A stretch of DNA of 47,153 nucleotides from a virus (taxonomy: Duplodnaviria; Caudoviricetes), in IMG/VR virus record IMGVR_UViG_3300030372_004498, positions 1 to 47,153 of that record; one strand, 5' to 3'. Shown one piece after another: positions 10,267 through 18,047 of this stretch. The notes under the pieces are model-generated. The model did no database searches, was not told the origin of the DNA, and worked only from the letters and a program-made list of their open reading frames with translations. How positions within the stretch are numbered: position 1 is the stretch's first letter; each line of letters opens with the position of its first letter. The position numbers and the translations under genes are program-made.

Positions 10267-10719
10267 ATGTCCGAAAAAGATCGAGTTCAGTACAAATTCA
10301 TGATTCCGACCGATCTAAAGGCTCGGATAGAAAATGCTGCGCATGATCACCGCAGGAGCCTCTCCGGGGAGATTATTCACGCCCTTGAAGAGGCGTACCC
10401 TGACCCCCTTTCTAAGGAGGCAGAACTGAGGCTCGCGGCGGGCGCGGCGATGATGCTCAAGCCCGTGAAGCCTAATTCAGAGTTCACCGAGCAATATGAT
10501 CTTGTACTCGCCTATATCGTAGAACGCTTTGGCTTGGACGACGCCCAGCAGGCTGAGCGGCTCATCAATGAAGTGTGGCGGGACAAGGCCACCCGGCAGT
10601 CGATCCTCATTGATCAAGTCCATGGCTGGATTGAAAACACGCTGACCCCTTGGATCATCAAGGTTAGCCAGGAACCCTCCCCCCTTGGCGTTCACCCCGA
10701 CGACCTAGCCAAGACCTAG
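10267..10719 (+). CDS. Arc/Mnt-family DNA-binding protein
   Basis: QYKFMIPTDLKARIENAAHDHRRSLSGEIIHALE Arc motif plus C-terminal extension. Confidence 0.85.
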   Translation: MSEKDRVQYKFMIPTDLKARIENAAHDHRRSLSGEIIHALEEAYPDPLSKEAELRLAAGAAMMLKPVKPNSEFTEQYDLVLAYIVERFGLDDAQQAERLINEVWRDKATRQSILIDQVHGWIENTLTPWIIKVSQEPSPLGVHPDDLAKT

Positions 10720-10728
10720 CCCTCCATA

Positions 10729-11136
10729 CTATGGAGGGAGGCGTAACGAGTGACCCCGATCCACCGGGGCGATTGAAAACGGGCTTGTGCCTTCGCTTAG
10801 GCCCGCTGCGTACGCTTGGCTCATGCGCCGCAGAAGGTTGGCTTCCCAGCCCTCCACATCGTCAACCGTGAGCGACAGATAGGCATGGATATCGACCCAA
10901 TCCAACGCCTCCCTGCCGCCCATTGGCGATGATTTAACCGGCCCCGCTTCGTAGAGCATTTGCAGTAAGTAACTGCCCTCGTCCAACTCGACAAACGGGG
11001 GCGCGACCTTGGCCGCTTGATACTGCATGGCCCTGCTTTCAGGCTTGCGAGTGCTGTCCTTGTCTCCGTGGTCAATCGTTGCGTTGAGCCATCCCGCTTG
11101 ATGGGCGGCGAGGATTAGCCGCTCTTGGCGTTTCCC
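10729..11136 (-). CDS. Tail assembly chaperone gpT-like segment (reached by -1 frameshift)
   Basis: The -1 frame from GGGAAAC is open to 10729 and includes the 10729-11028 ORF; LDWVDIHAY...WEANLLRRMSQAY. Confidence 0.8.
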   Translation of the reverse strand, partial: GKRQERLILAAHQAGWLNATIDHGDKDSTRKPESRAMQYQAAKVAPPFVELDEGSYLLQMLYEAGPVKSSPMGGREALDWVDIHAYLSLTVDDVEGWEANLLRRMSQAYAAGLSEGTSPFSIAPVDRGHSLRLPP

Positions 11137-11627
11137 AAGAAGTTCGCTTGCTTACCGGCAAACTCGCCAATTTGCCTTGCAAACGGGCTGTTTTTCATCT
11201 CAAAGACGGGGGAGCCGTCCTTATCGGTGATCGTGTTGCCGTCCTTGTCCTCTTTCACGCCCATTTCGGGGAATGTCAGGTCAAGGAACCACTCAACATC
11301 GTCCACCGTTGCGGGCTTCCCATCGCGCTCGACGTTCTCAAAGCCGACAACGAACGGCGCAGCGCCTTCGATAAGCTGCATATGGACATCCTCCATGACG
11401 CGGGCTTCGTCCTCTTCGTCGTCGCCCTTCGCCTTCTTGGACATCATCGCGGCTTTTTGCTTGGCACGTAGTTTGGCCTGCATCGACTTGGACGCCACAC
11501 CGCGAACGATCACGCGGCAAGGCTTGTCGCCGTCCATGATAGGCTCGCCTGTAATCGGGTCCAGAATTTGCATCGGCGCGCCAGCTTCGGCGGCGGCGCG
11601 GCTGTTGTATTTGGCGTTAAAATCCAT
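11115..11627 (-). CDS. Tail assembly chaperone (gpG-like)
   Basis: 170 aa after the major tail gene; ends NFLGNAKSG over a slippery site. Confidence 0.85.
   Translation of the reverse strand: MDFNAKYNSRAAAEAGAPMQILDPITGEPIMDGDKPCRVIVRGVASKSMQAKLRAKQKAAMMSKKAKGDDEEDEARVMEDVHMQLIEGAAPFVVGFENVERDGKPATVDDVEWFLDLTFPEMGVKEDKDGNTITDKDGSPVFEMKNSPFARQIGEFAGKQANFLGNAKSG
11130..11136 (-). other. Programmed -1 frameshift heptamer G GGA AAC
   Basis: X XXY YYZ in the correct phase at the end of the chaperone gene. Confidence 0.85.
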
Positions 11628-11708
11628 CGTTCATATCCTTTGGTTCGGTCCATTGGTGGGGTGGCAAGCTGAACCAAACTCGCCACCCCGGTTCTGCGCA
11701 GAATTCGG

Positions 11709-12188
11709 TTAGGGTGTCGGCTCAGTCGCAACTACGGTGGCGGCGTTCTGGCGGAAGCCGACAGAGAAACCTTCGTAGTTGCTGTTATCGCCTTGGTTCG
11801 GCTGATAGCTGTGCGCGATGCCGGTGGCATACTCGACGGGATCGCCAGACGCCGGGGCGTTGTCCGTGCCGGAGCCATCAACGATCTTGAAGGAAATGAT
11901 GCCATCCTGCGAGTTGGCAGCAGTTTTCAGGTTGTCTTGGCCTGTGTCGCTAGGCACGTTGCGGAACGTCGCGGTGGTATCAACGCCCTGCCCTGCGCCC
12001 TTCACAGCACTGGTGAAGCCTGTTTGCAGGTCCGGCACATCAATCATCGAATGAGTGACGCCAAGCTGCGGCAGCGTGATAAGGCCGTTGACCTTAACCC
12101 ACGTCAGCGCTTCGAAGCCTGTATTGTCGTTAGTGGCAGGGGCCGCGTCTGCCATGTAGATCGTGCGGCCAATAAAATTGTCGGTCAC
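11709..12188 (-). CDS. Major tail (tube) protein
   Basis: 159 aa; GFEALTWVKVNG..TLPQLG motif; synteny. Confidence 0.8.
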   Translation of the reverse strand: MTDNFIGRTIYMADAAPATNDNTGFEALTWVKVNGLITLPQLGVTHSMIDVPDLQTGFTSAVKGAGQGVDTTATFRNVPSDTGQDNLKTAANSQDGIISFKIVDGSGTDNAPASGDPVEYATGIAHSYQPNQGDNSNYEGFSVGFRQNAATVVATEPTP

Positions 12189-12296
12189 GGTGTCTTTCCT
12201 TTCAGGAACGCTAGAAACCCCGCTCGCGGGGCTGTTTCGTGTTGAGTTTTGGGGAACTCGCTTCAGCCCTTTAGGCTACCCCGCGAGCGGAGGGGG

Positions 12297-12473
12297 TTAC
12301 TCGGCCTTCCCGGCCTTATTGACACGTTTCCAGCCTTTCGCTGTCCACTTATCAATGTCCTTCTTCCAGACGTGCGCCCTGCCCGCCATTTTCGGGTGCT
12401 CGATGGCAATCCGCTTTGGCTTGGCCTTGGGTGCTACCTCTTGTGCCGCCGGGGCGGTTTCGTTCTCTGCCAT
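12297..12473 (-). CDS. Small hypothetical protein
   Basis: AAGGAGG SD before ATG 12473; MAENETAPAAQ... Confidence 0.7.
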   Translation of the reverse strand: MAENETAPAAQEVAPKAKPKRIAIEHPKMAGRAHVWKKDIDKWTAKGWKRVNKAGKAE

Positions 12474-12490
12474 GTCGGCCTCCTTGGTGG

Positions 12491-12895
12491 TTAACTCGCC
12501 CAATAGTCAATCTGGACAGGAACCCGCCAATCGCTGCCATCGCGCAATGCGGGCAGGATGCTAGGCGCTTCCATGATTGTCACCTTGCCGCCGCTTTCTT
12601 CCAGCTTGGTGCCTTTGACGAAGTAGGCGGCAATAGCGTCTGCTGTTTCCTCAGCCGAGGTGGCGAACTGGTCCAGATCAGAGACAATCGTGATCTGCAT
12701 ATAGCCGCGTGCGATTGTGCCAGCAGAACCGCCCGCCAGATCGGGGTTGCGGCGCGATACGCGGACCATCTGCACCGAAAGATAAGGGCGGGCAGTGCCT
12801 TCCGGTACGTTTTGGTTTTCCCAATAGATCGGGGGCGCATCAGCCATGCCCATAAGGTACTGGCCGAGTGCCTTGGAGATATCTGCTTCCCTCAT
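12491..12895 (-). CDS. Tail terminator-like protein (DUF4128-like)
   Basis: IYWEN...P...RPYL...GYMQI...ADAIAAYF..GT.L; synteny. Confidence 0.8.
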   Translation of the reverse strand: MREADISKALGQYLMGMADAPPIYWENQNVPEGTARPYLSVQMVRVSRRNPDLAGGSAGTIARGYMQITIVSDLDQFATSAEETADAIAAYFVKGTKLEESGGKVTIMEAPSILPALRDGSDWRVPVQIDYWAS

Positions 12896-13299
12896 TTTCT
12901 CACCTCAGCCGCACGGGCCTCAACAAACTCAGGGAACCTACGAGCGTTCGCGCCCACGAACTGACGGCCCTGCATTTTGCTAGTCCCAACTTCAACGGCG
13001 TATGCGTGAGGAGCCGTCCAAGCAAATTCCAGCTTATCGCCCACCTCATAGCCTGCAATGGCAACCGTGTAGCTATCCGCGCCCTTCACGCCTTCGCTTG
13101 TGAGGCTGTTAATCAGTTCCGAGGTATCAACGGGTATCTTGCCCTCAACAAAGCCTGTAGCGCCCTGCCCAATGCCTCTCTGGGGCGTCTGAGCGGCTTC
13201 TACAACGTCTTGGATGGATTCCGCCGCGACATAGCGCATGTTTTTGACGGTCATTTGCTCGAAGTCGGCCAATTGAGCGGTGAAAGATTTGCCAGCCAT
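12892..13299 (-). CDS. HK97 gp10-like neck protein
   Basis: IPVDTSELINS, YA..VEVGTSKMQGR.FV. Confidence 0.8.
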   Translation of the reverse strand: MAGKSFTAQLADFEQMTVKNMRYVAAESIQDVVEAAQTPQRGIGQGATGFVEGKIPVDTSELINSLTSEGVKGADSYTVAIAGYEVGDKLEFAWTAPHAYAVEVGTSKMQGRQFVGANARRFPEFVEARAAEVRK

Positions 13300-13301
13300 G
13301 C

Positions 13302-14321
13302 TCAGTCCCTCGCATATTTCACGCGGTAAATTGCCACGCAGCCGCAATACATGTTGTGCTCTGGACCCCCGGCGGGATCGTGCGGCCCATCCATCGCTAC
13401 GTCTGCAAACTGGAATTTCTCATTCAGCGGGATAGTCACCCCATCCATTGCTTTGTGGTCTTCGCGGTCGTGGCGGCGCGGGCTTTTCTGCCAGCGCTTC
13501 GTGATGCTTTCCACCTCGTCGCGGTCCATCAATTGGCGGTATGCCTCGGCTCGGCCCTGAGCGATTGCAGAGTTGGCTTGATCCAACGCAACGCCCTTCG
13601 CCCGGTTGCCGCTGGCCTTGCTTTTGTAGGCATCGGCCACGCGGTCAACGTCAGCAGCGGGCAGCGCCTTGCCGTTCTTGATCGCCCGCCGGACCATTGC
13701 GTCAAAGCGGCGGTCGCTTTCCTTGTAGCGCGGTATCTTCATATCCGCGTCTTTGAAGTATTCCCCGATGCGGTCAGGATCGCTCAGCATGGAGCGCAGG
13801 TTAATCATTCGATCGGTCTGAGGCTCTGTCAGGCCAATCACGCCCCCTACCCGCTGCCGCCCCACCTTGCGCCCCACCAGATCGCGGGCAACGCTGTTCA
13901 GGCTGCGGTTTGTGTTCAGCCCGTCAACGATCACCTTGCGGGCATTTGCGATTGCGTCCTCGCTGATATTCGTCACCAGTTCCGCCGCCTGCCGCTCTGC
14001 CAAGGCAACCGCCCTATCGTGCCGCCCGTCGAAGCCAAACACGCCCGACAGGCCCTTGGGCAGTTCGTCCGCCACTGCCAGCCCGCCGCCTATGAAGGCA
14101 TCGCGGATAGCCTCGGATAGCGGGAACATCGTGCCGCGCTCAATGCGGAACAGCGCCGCCGCCCGTTCAATGTCGCCAGCCTCTAGCAGCCGGATTAGTT
14201 CAGCCCGGTCAACCGCGTTGGTGGCCTTTTGCATTGCCTCAAGAAAGGCTTTGCGCACGGCTACCGATTGGCGCTGTAGCAGGGCTTCGATCTTGCGTTG
14301 CTGTAGTGACTTTCGGGCCAT
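13302..14321 (-). CDS. Head morphogenesis/minor head protein (Mu gpF-like)
   Basis: C-terminal KRW...R.DH..MDG...P..E.F...PHDP......CGC motif. Confidence 0.8.
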   Translation of the reverse strand: MARKSLQQRKIEALLQRQSVAVRKAFLEAMQKATNAVDRAELIRLLEAGDIERAAALFRIERGTMFPLSEAIRDAFIGGGLAVADELPKGLSGVFGFDGRHDRAVALAERQAAELVTNISEDAIANARKVIVDGLNTNRSLNSVARDLVGRKVGRQRVGGVIGLTEPQTDRMINLRSMLSDPDRIGEYFKDADMKIPRYKESDRRFDAMVRRAIKNGKALPAADVDRVADAYKSKASGNRAKGVALDQANSAIAQGRAEAYRQLMDRDEVESITKRWQKSPRRHDREDHKAMDGVTIPLNEKFQFADVAMDGPHDPAGGPEHNMYCGCVAIYRVKYARD

Positions 14322-14385
14322 TGTCGCTCCAACGCAAATGACCCCGCTTAACGGGGCCGGTTCGTTAATTGTGAGAGGTTACGGG

Positions 14386-14574
14386 TTAGCCCCGTCCGTT
14401 CATCTGCCCCAGCCAATACGCCCAGAGGATCAGCCCCGCGTCTCGCTCCCAATCCCTCGGCTCAGTGTAGGCCAGCAGGGCGTCTGTGGGGTTGCTCTGG
14501 CACTCAGCCCACCAACGGGGCAGGATCGCGCTTAGAGCGGCTATTTCGAGCGCGGAGGGCGGGTTAATCGGCAA
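14386..14574 (-). CDS. Small hypothetical protein
   Basis: 62 aa, TTG start, fills the gap between genes. Confidence 0.45.
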   Translation of the reverse strand: MPINPPSALEIAALSAILPRWWAECQSNPTDALLAYTEPRDWERDAGLILWAYWLGQMNGRG

Positions 14575-14577
14575 GCA

Positions 14578-14703
14578 TTATCGCCCGCGCAAGTGTTGCT
14601 TCGTGTCTTCGGGCATATCGTTCAATACGCGACCAAGTTCTTTGAATGCTTCCGCCGCTTTGGTGAAGCCACTTACGTCTAATTCTTTAACCGCTTTAGT
14701 CAT
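14578..14703 (-). CDS. Small hypothetical protein (41 aa, not in ORF track)
   Basis: MTKAVKELDVSGFTKAAEAFKELGRVLND...; overlaps the stop of the upstream gene. Confidence 0.5.
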   Translation of the reverse strand: MTKAVKELDVSGFTKAAEAFKELGRVLNDMPEDTKQHLRGR

Positions 14704-15097
14704 TGAGCCAAACCTTGTACATCAGCGCAACCCCCGCTGGCGATACCATCTCAACGTCTGCAATCTCGTGAAAGCGCGTATCGCTGTCCACGTCTGCTTG
14801 ACGCAAGTTAACGCTCACGTAATCGCTTTTCAATGGCACAACGCCCGTAGCATCCACAAGCAGCACCGTCCGCGTCTCGCCTATCAACGTGCCGGACGCA
14901 TCGCGGATGTGCTTTTGCGTCTGCACCGCTGTCACCTCGTGATAGGTCGGCCCACTTCCGCCACCGCCCCAAGGATCAGTCGGCCCGCCTGCCGCAGGAC
15001 GGCGCAGGGTGCAGATCATCGGCCCGTTTCCGGTCGCCTCGCCTGCCTCTGCCAGCCCCGCCAACACTTCGGCGGCAATGTCGGTGCCAGCGCTCAT
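14696..15097 (-). CDS. Head-tail joining (stopper) protein
   Basis: 133 aa; synteny; GP.DPW motif. Confidence 0.7.
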   Translation of the reverse strand: MSAGTDIAAEVLAGLAEAGEATGNGPMICTLRRPAAGGPTDPWGGGGSGPTYHEVTAVQTQKHIRDASGTLIGETRTVLLVDATGVVPLKSDYVSVNLRQADVDSDTRFHEIADVEMVSPAGVALMYKVWLND

Positions 15098-15489
15098 ACG
15101 ACCGTCACCGCAGCCCCGTAGAGGCGCGATCCTGCAAACAACGCCTCAATGGCTGGGGAGATTGGCAACTGCGCGTCAGACCCCTTCATTCCGGTGTCTG
15201 TGACGGTCCATTGGATCGCGTCAACCTTGGTCAATACTTTGGCCTGCGCCGGGGTATAGGTTTTCTGCCAAAAGCCGGGGTTGGCGAGGTCCAGTGACGC
15301 CGCGATATACGTTGCCTCAATCACGTTGGGATCGTCAGATTCCAGCCCGTTGCGGATCACATAGCGGGTGCGGATGTAATCGCTTGCCCGCTGCAATGAT
15401 GCAGTAGCATCGCCATCGCTTGCGGCTGTCGGGGCGCTATCACCCCGTGCCAGAGCGTATGCTCTCCACGGTTCTATTGTTCCGTACAT
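15094..15489 (-). CDS. Head-tail adaptor (DnaT-like ssDNA-binding family annotation)
   Basis: AYALARG....A...L.RASDYI..Y motif; GAGGTGG SD before ATG 15489. Confidence 0.75.
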   Translation of the reverse strand: MYGTIEPWRAYALARGDSAPTAASDGDATASLQRASDYIRTRYVIRNGLESDDPNVIEATYIAASLDLANPGFWQKTYTPAQAKVLTKVDAIQWTVTDTGMKGSDAQLPISPAIEALFAGSRLYGAAVTVV

Positions 15490-15491
15490 TC

Positions 15492-15520
15492 TTGCCACCT
15501 CTGATTGATCAGGGTATAAA
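15492..15520 (+). promoter_or_regulatory. Sigma70-type promoter of HNH moron 1
   Basis: TTGCCA-17 bp-TATAAA. Confidence 0.65.
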
Positions 15521-15589
15521 AGCAAACCCGCTGAGCGTTGGCGCGCTCAAGCGGGTTCTAACCAGACCAGACCGTAGGAGGGTCCGAGA

Positions 15590-16297
15590 ATGGCTAAACC
15601 CAAGCGTATATGTTCAATCCCAGAATGCGGCAATCCGCACTTTGGAAAATCTTTCTGCCAAAAACACTACCAGCGCCTACGCTTCCACGGCGACCCACTG
15701 TACGAGCGCCCCAAGCGCTCCCCCGCAAAGTGCTCAGTCGAAGGATGCGACCATCCGGTTTACGGCTTGGGGTGGTGCAGCAAGCATTACAGTCGTCACT
15801 ACCGACATGGCTCCCCTTTAGAAGGGGGCACAGAAATTGGCCAACCACTTGAATGGCTAAATGAGCACACTTCGCATTCAGGCGACAAATGCTTGATATG
15901 GCCATTCTCAGCCCGAAATGATGGTTACGGAAAGCTATGGCTTGACGGGAGGCTTGAGGTCGCAAGCCGCGCAATGTGCGAGAAGGTTAATGGCCCACCC
16001 CCGACGCCAGAACACCATGCGGCCCATTCCTGCGGCAAAGGGCACGATGGCTGCGTAAATCCAAAGCACCTCTACTGGGCGACACCAAAGCAGAACGCAC
16101 GTGACAAGATCACGCACGGCACATCCAATCGCGGAGAGCGGCATGGAAACGCCAAATTGACTCGCGATGCCGTGACCGACATTCGGTCAAATACCACAGA
16201 CAGCAAAGATCAGCTTGCGGCAAAATATGGCGTCACACGCACCACCGTAAACGACGTGATAGCCGGTCGCAGATGGAAGTGGCTTTTGGAGCCGTAG
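15590..16297 (+). CDS. Free-standing HNH homing endonuclease
   Basis: Two CS..EC......G.C.KHY.R zinc-finger repeats, HSC......CVNPKHL.WAT..QN HNH core, C-terminal HTH; opposite strand within the head operon. Confidence 0.9.
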   Translation: MAKPKRICSIPECGNPHFGKSFCQKHYQRLRFHGDPLYERPKRSPAKCSVEGCDHPVYGLGWCSKHYSRHYRHGSPLEGGTEIGQPLEWLNEHTSHSGDKCLIWPFSARNDGYGKLWLDGRLEVASRAMCEKVNGPPPTPEHHAAHSCGKGHDGCVNPKHLYWATPKQNARDKITHGTSNRGERHGNAKLTRDAVTDIRSNTTDSKDQLAAKYGVTRTTVNDVIAGRRWKWLLEP

Positions 16298-16321
16298 GCC
16301 AATCTGCAATATTGCCGTAAA

Positions 16322-16546
16322 TCACTTGTCAGCCTTCGCGCTGTCGGATTTGCGCTCTTGCTTGGGCTTTGAGCCTTTCACTTCGCCGCTTTCTGTCAAC
16401 TTCTTTTCAACGAACCATGCCTTAACAACCGGGCTTTTCTTCGCCTCGGAAAGCGCTTCATTGCTGATCTCGATAGAGCCGCCCGCTGGAACTACGGTTT
16501 CAGCATCAAGGCCTAGGTCGCTCTTTGTCGTATTAGTGATCTTCAT
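16322..16546 (-). CDS. Small post-capsid hypothetical protein
   Basis: AAAGGAG SD; MKITNTTKSDLGL... Confidence 0.75.
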   Translation of the reverse strand: MKITNTTKSDLGLDAETVVPAGGSIEISNEALSEAKKSPVVKAWFVEKKLTESGEVKGSKPKQERKSDSAKADK

Positions 16547-16567
16547 GGGGTTCTCCTTTGCGCTCAT

Positions 16568-16592
16568 AAAAGGGGGCAGTCGCCCGCCCCCT
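16568..16592 (-). terminator. Rho-independent terminator after the capsid gene
   Basis: GGGGGCGG-gcga-CTGCCCCC-TTTT on the minus strand. Confidence 0.75.
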
Positions 16593-16604
16593 CGCAGAAA
16601 GCAA

Positions 16605-17552
16605 TTAGATGCCGTCCAAATAGCTGCCAGCCTTGGGCAAGCGCCAATCCAGACCGCCGAGGCGGAACATGCCGGGGATAGTGAACTGGAAGCCCTCGAT
16701 CTGCACCGGAAAGAAGCGGTGGACCATCGGGATATGCAGTTTCAGCACGTCAGGCGCGCGACGGTAGGCCACCATACGCGCAGTGGAGCCGGACCCAGCA
16801 GTCAGCAGGCCGCGCTTACCACGGATCATCAGGGGTTGCCCTGTCTGCGCCGTGTAGACGTTGGCCTTCTGGAGGAATTCCAGAATAGTCATGCTGGTGT
16901 CTGTCAGGCGGGTGGACGCGATGTAGTTGAAACGCTCAGTGGGCAACACCAGAGTATCGGCCAGTTCGGTTTCCTTGGTCGCGGTCACAATGCCTGTCAG
17001 GCCGTTGTTCACATCACGGATGATCTGATCCGGCGTCTTGGTCGCCCAAGTGGTTGCCGAACCGGTGCCATCAGCAGCAACGGAAGCCTGCGGAACGCCT
17101 GTGTAATTGTACAGACCTTCAAAGCCTTTTTCGGTGTCACCAGAGAGGGCCACGTTGTAGACCATCTGCTCATAGGCACGGCGCGCAATCGCGGCCTTGT
17201 CCGAAGCAAGGTTCTGGCCAAGCATACGCGCTTGGTTGACCTCTTCCAGACCGTAGCCGTAGCCGATGCCTGCCGAGTAAACGGCAGTCTCATGCTGCGC
17301 GGTGGATGTACCGACGACAGGCACGTCTTTGCCGTTGCCGTTGAGCCACTTTGCAGCGCCCGCGCCATCCATCGAGTAGTAGGTAACCGACTTGGCCCAC
17401 TCGCCTGCGCTGGTATCGACCGGCACAAGTTCGGCGTAGTTCAGTTCGGGGTAGCGTAGCGCATAAACGCCCGCCTCGATGTGAGACGTTTGTTTCTGGG
17501 CATAGCCAAGGGACGCCTGCACAGCGTCGGTGAAGTTTTGGTGCATTGTCAT
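16605..17552 (-). CDS. Major capsid protein (DUF2184/encapsulin-like)
   Basis: 315 aa; YPEL.YAELVPV, GYGYGLEE...AR, GL.N, YLDGI terminus. Confidence 0.9.
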   Translation of the reverse strand: MTMHQNFTDAVQASLGYAQKQTSHIEAGVYALRYPELNYAELVPVDTSAGEWAKSVTYYSMDGAGAAKWLNGNGKDVPVVGTSTAQHETAVYSAGIGYGYGLEEVNQARMLGQNLASDKAAIARRAYEQMVYNVALSGDTEKGFEGLYNYTGVPQASVAADGTGSATTWATKTPDQIIRDVNNGLTGIVTATKETELADTLVLPTERFNYIASTRLTDTSMTILEFLQKANVYTAQTGQPLMIRGKRGLLTAGSGSTARMVAYRRAPDVLKLHIPMVHRFFPVQIEGFQFTIPGMFRLGGLDWRLPKAGSYLDGI

Positions 17553-17564
17553 CTCATTCGCTCC

Positions 17565-18044
17565 TTACGCGCCTGCGACCGCTGGAACATCCAGATCGAC
17601 GCGAATTTTTGCCAGTTCGCCATCGGCGGCACTGCTTTCCCAACGGCAACCTGCCAACTGGATCGAACCACTTGTGCCAACATCCGCATTGGAGAAAGTG
17701 CCGTCTGACAGCTTCACCCAAACGGGGTCACCGGCAGCAACGCCGCCCGCATCAGTCACGGTTACCCAGATCACGCCAGAGCGCATCAGAAGGGCGCTGT
17801 CGTTCTCTGCGAACGTGTCGTCAGTGGTGGATTGGTCGCGCACGGTAATGCCGACGCAAGCGGTAGCGCCTGCGGCCATAACCTTGCACTGATTGTCAGC
17901 GGTGCCTTGCTGGACGGGAACGCCGAAGCCAATGCCCGCAGCCGTTTCAACTTCACGGCTAATCAGGTTGTTCGGCTCAGTGTTTGCAATCATGCCGACG
18001 AAGGCCGCAGGCATCTGATCGAGGTAGGTGGATTGAACAGCCAT
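17565..18044 (-). CDS. Head decoration/cement protein
   Basis: 159 aa between the protease and capsid genes; GIGFG.PV, G.IWV. Confidence 0.75.
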   Translation of the reverse strand: MAVQSTYLDQMPAAFVGMIANTEPNNLISREVETAAGIGFGVPVQQGTADNQCKVMAAGATACVGITVRDQSTTDDTFAENDSALLMRSGVIWVTVTDAGGVAAGDPVWVKLSDGTFSNADVGTSGSIQLAGCRWESSAADGELAKIRVDLDVPAVAGA

Positions 18045-18047
18045 TGC

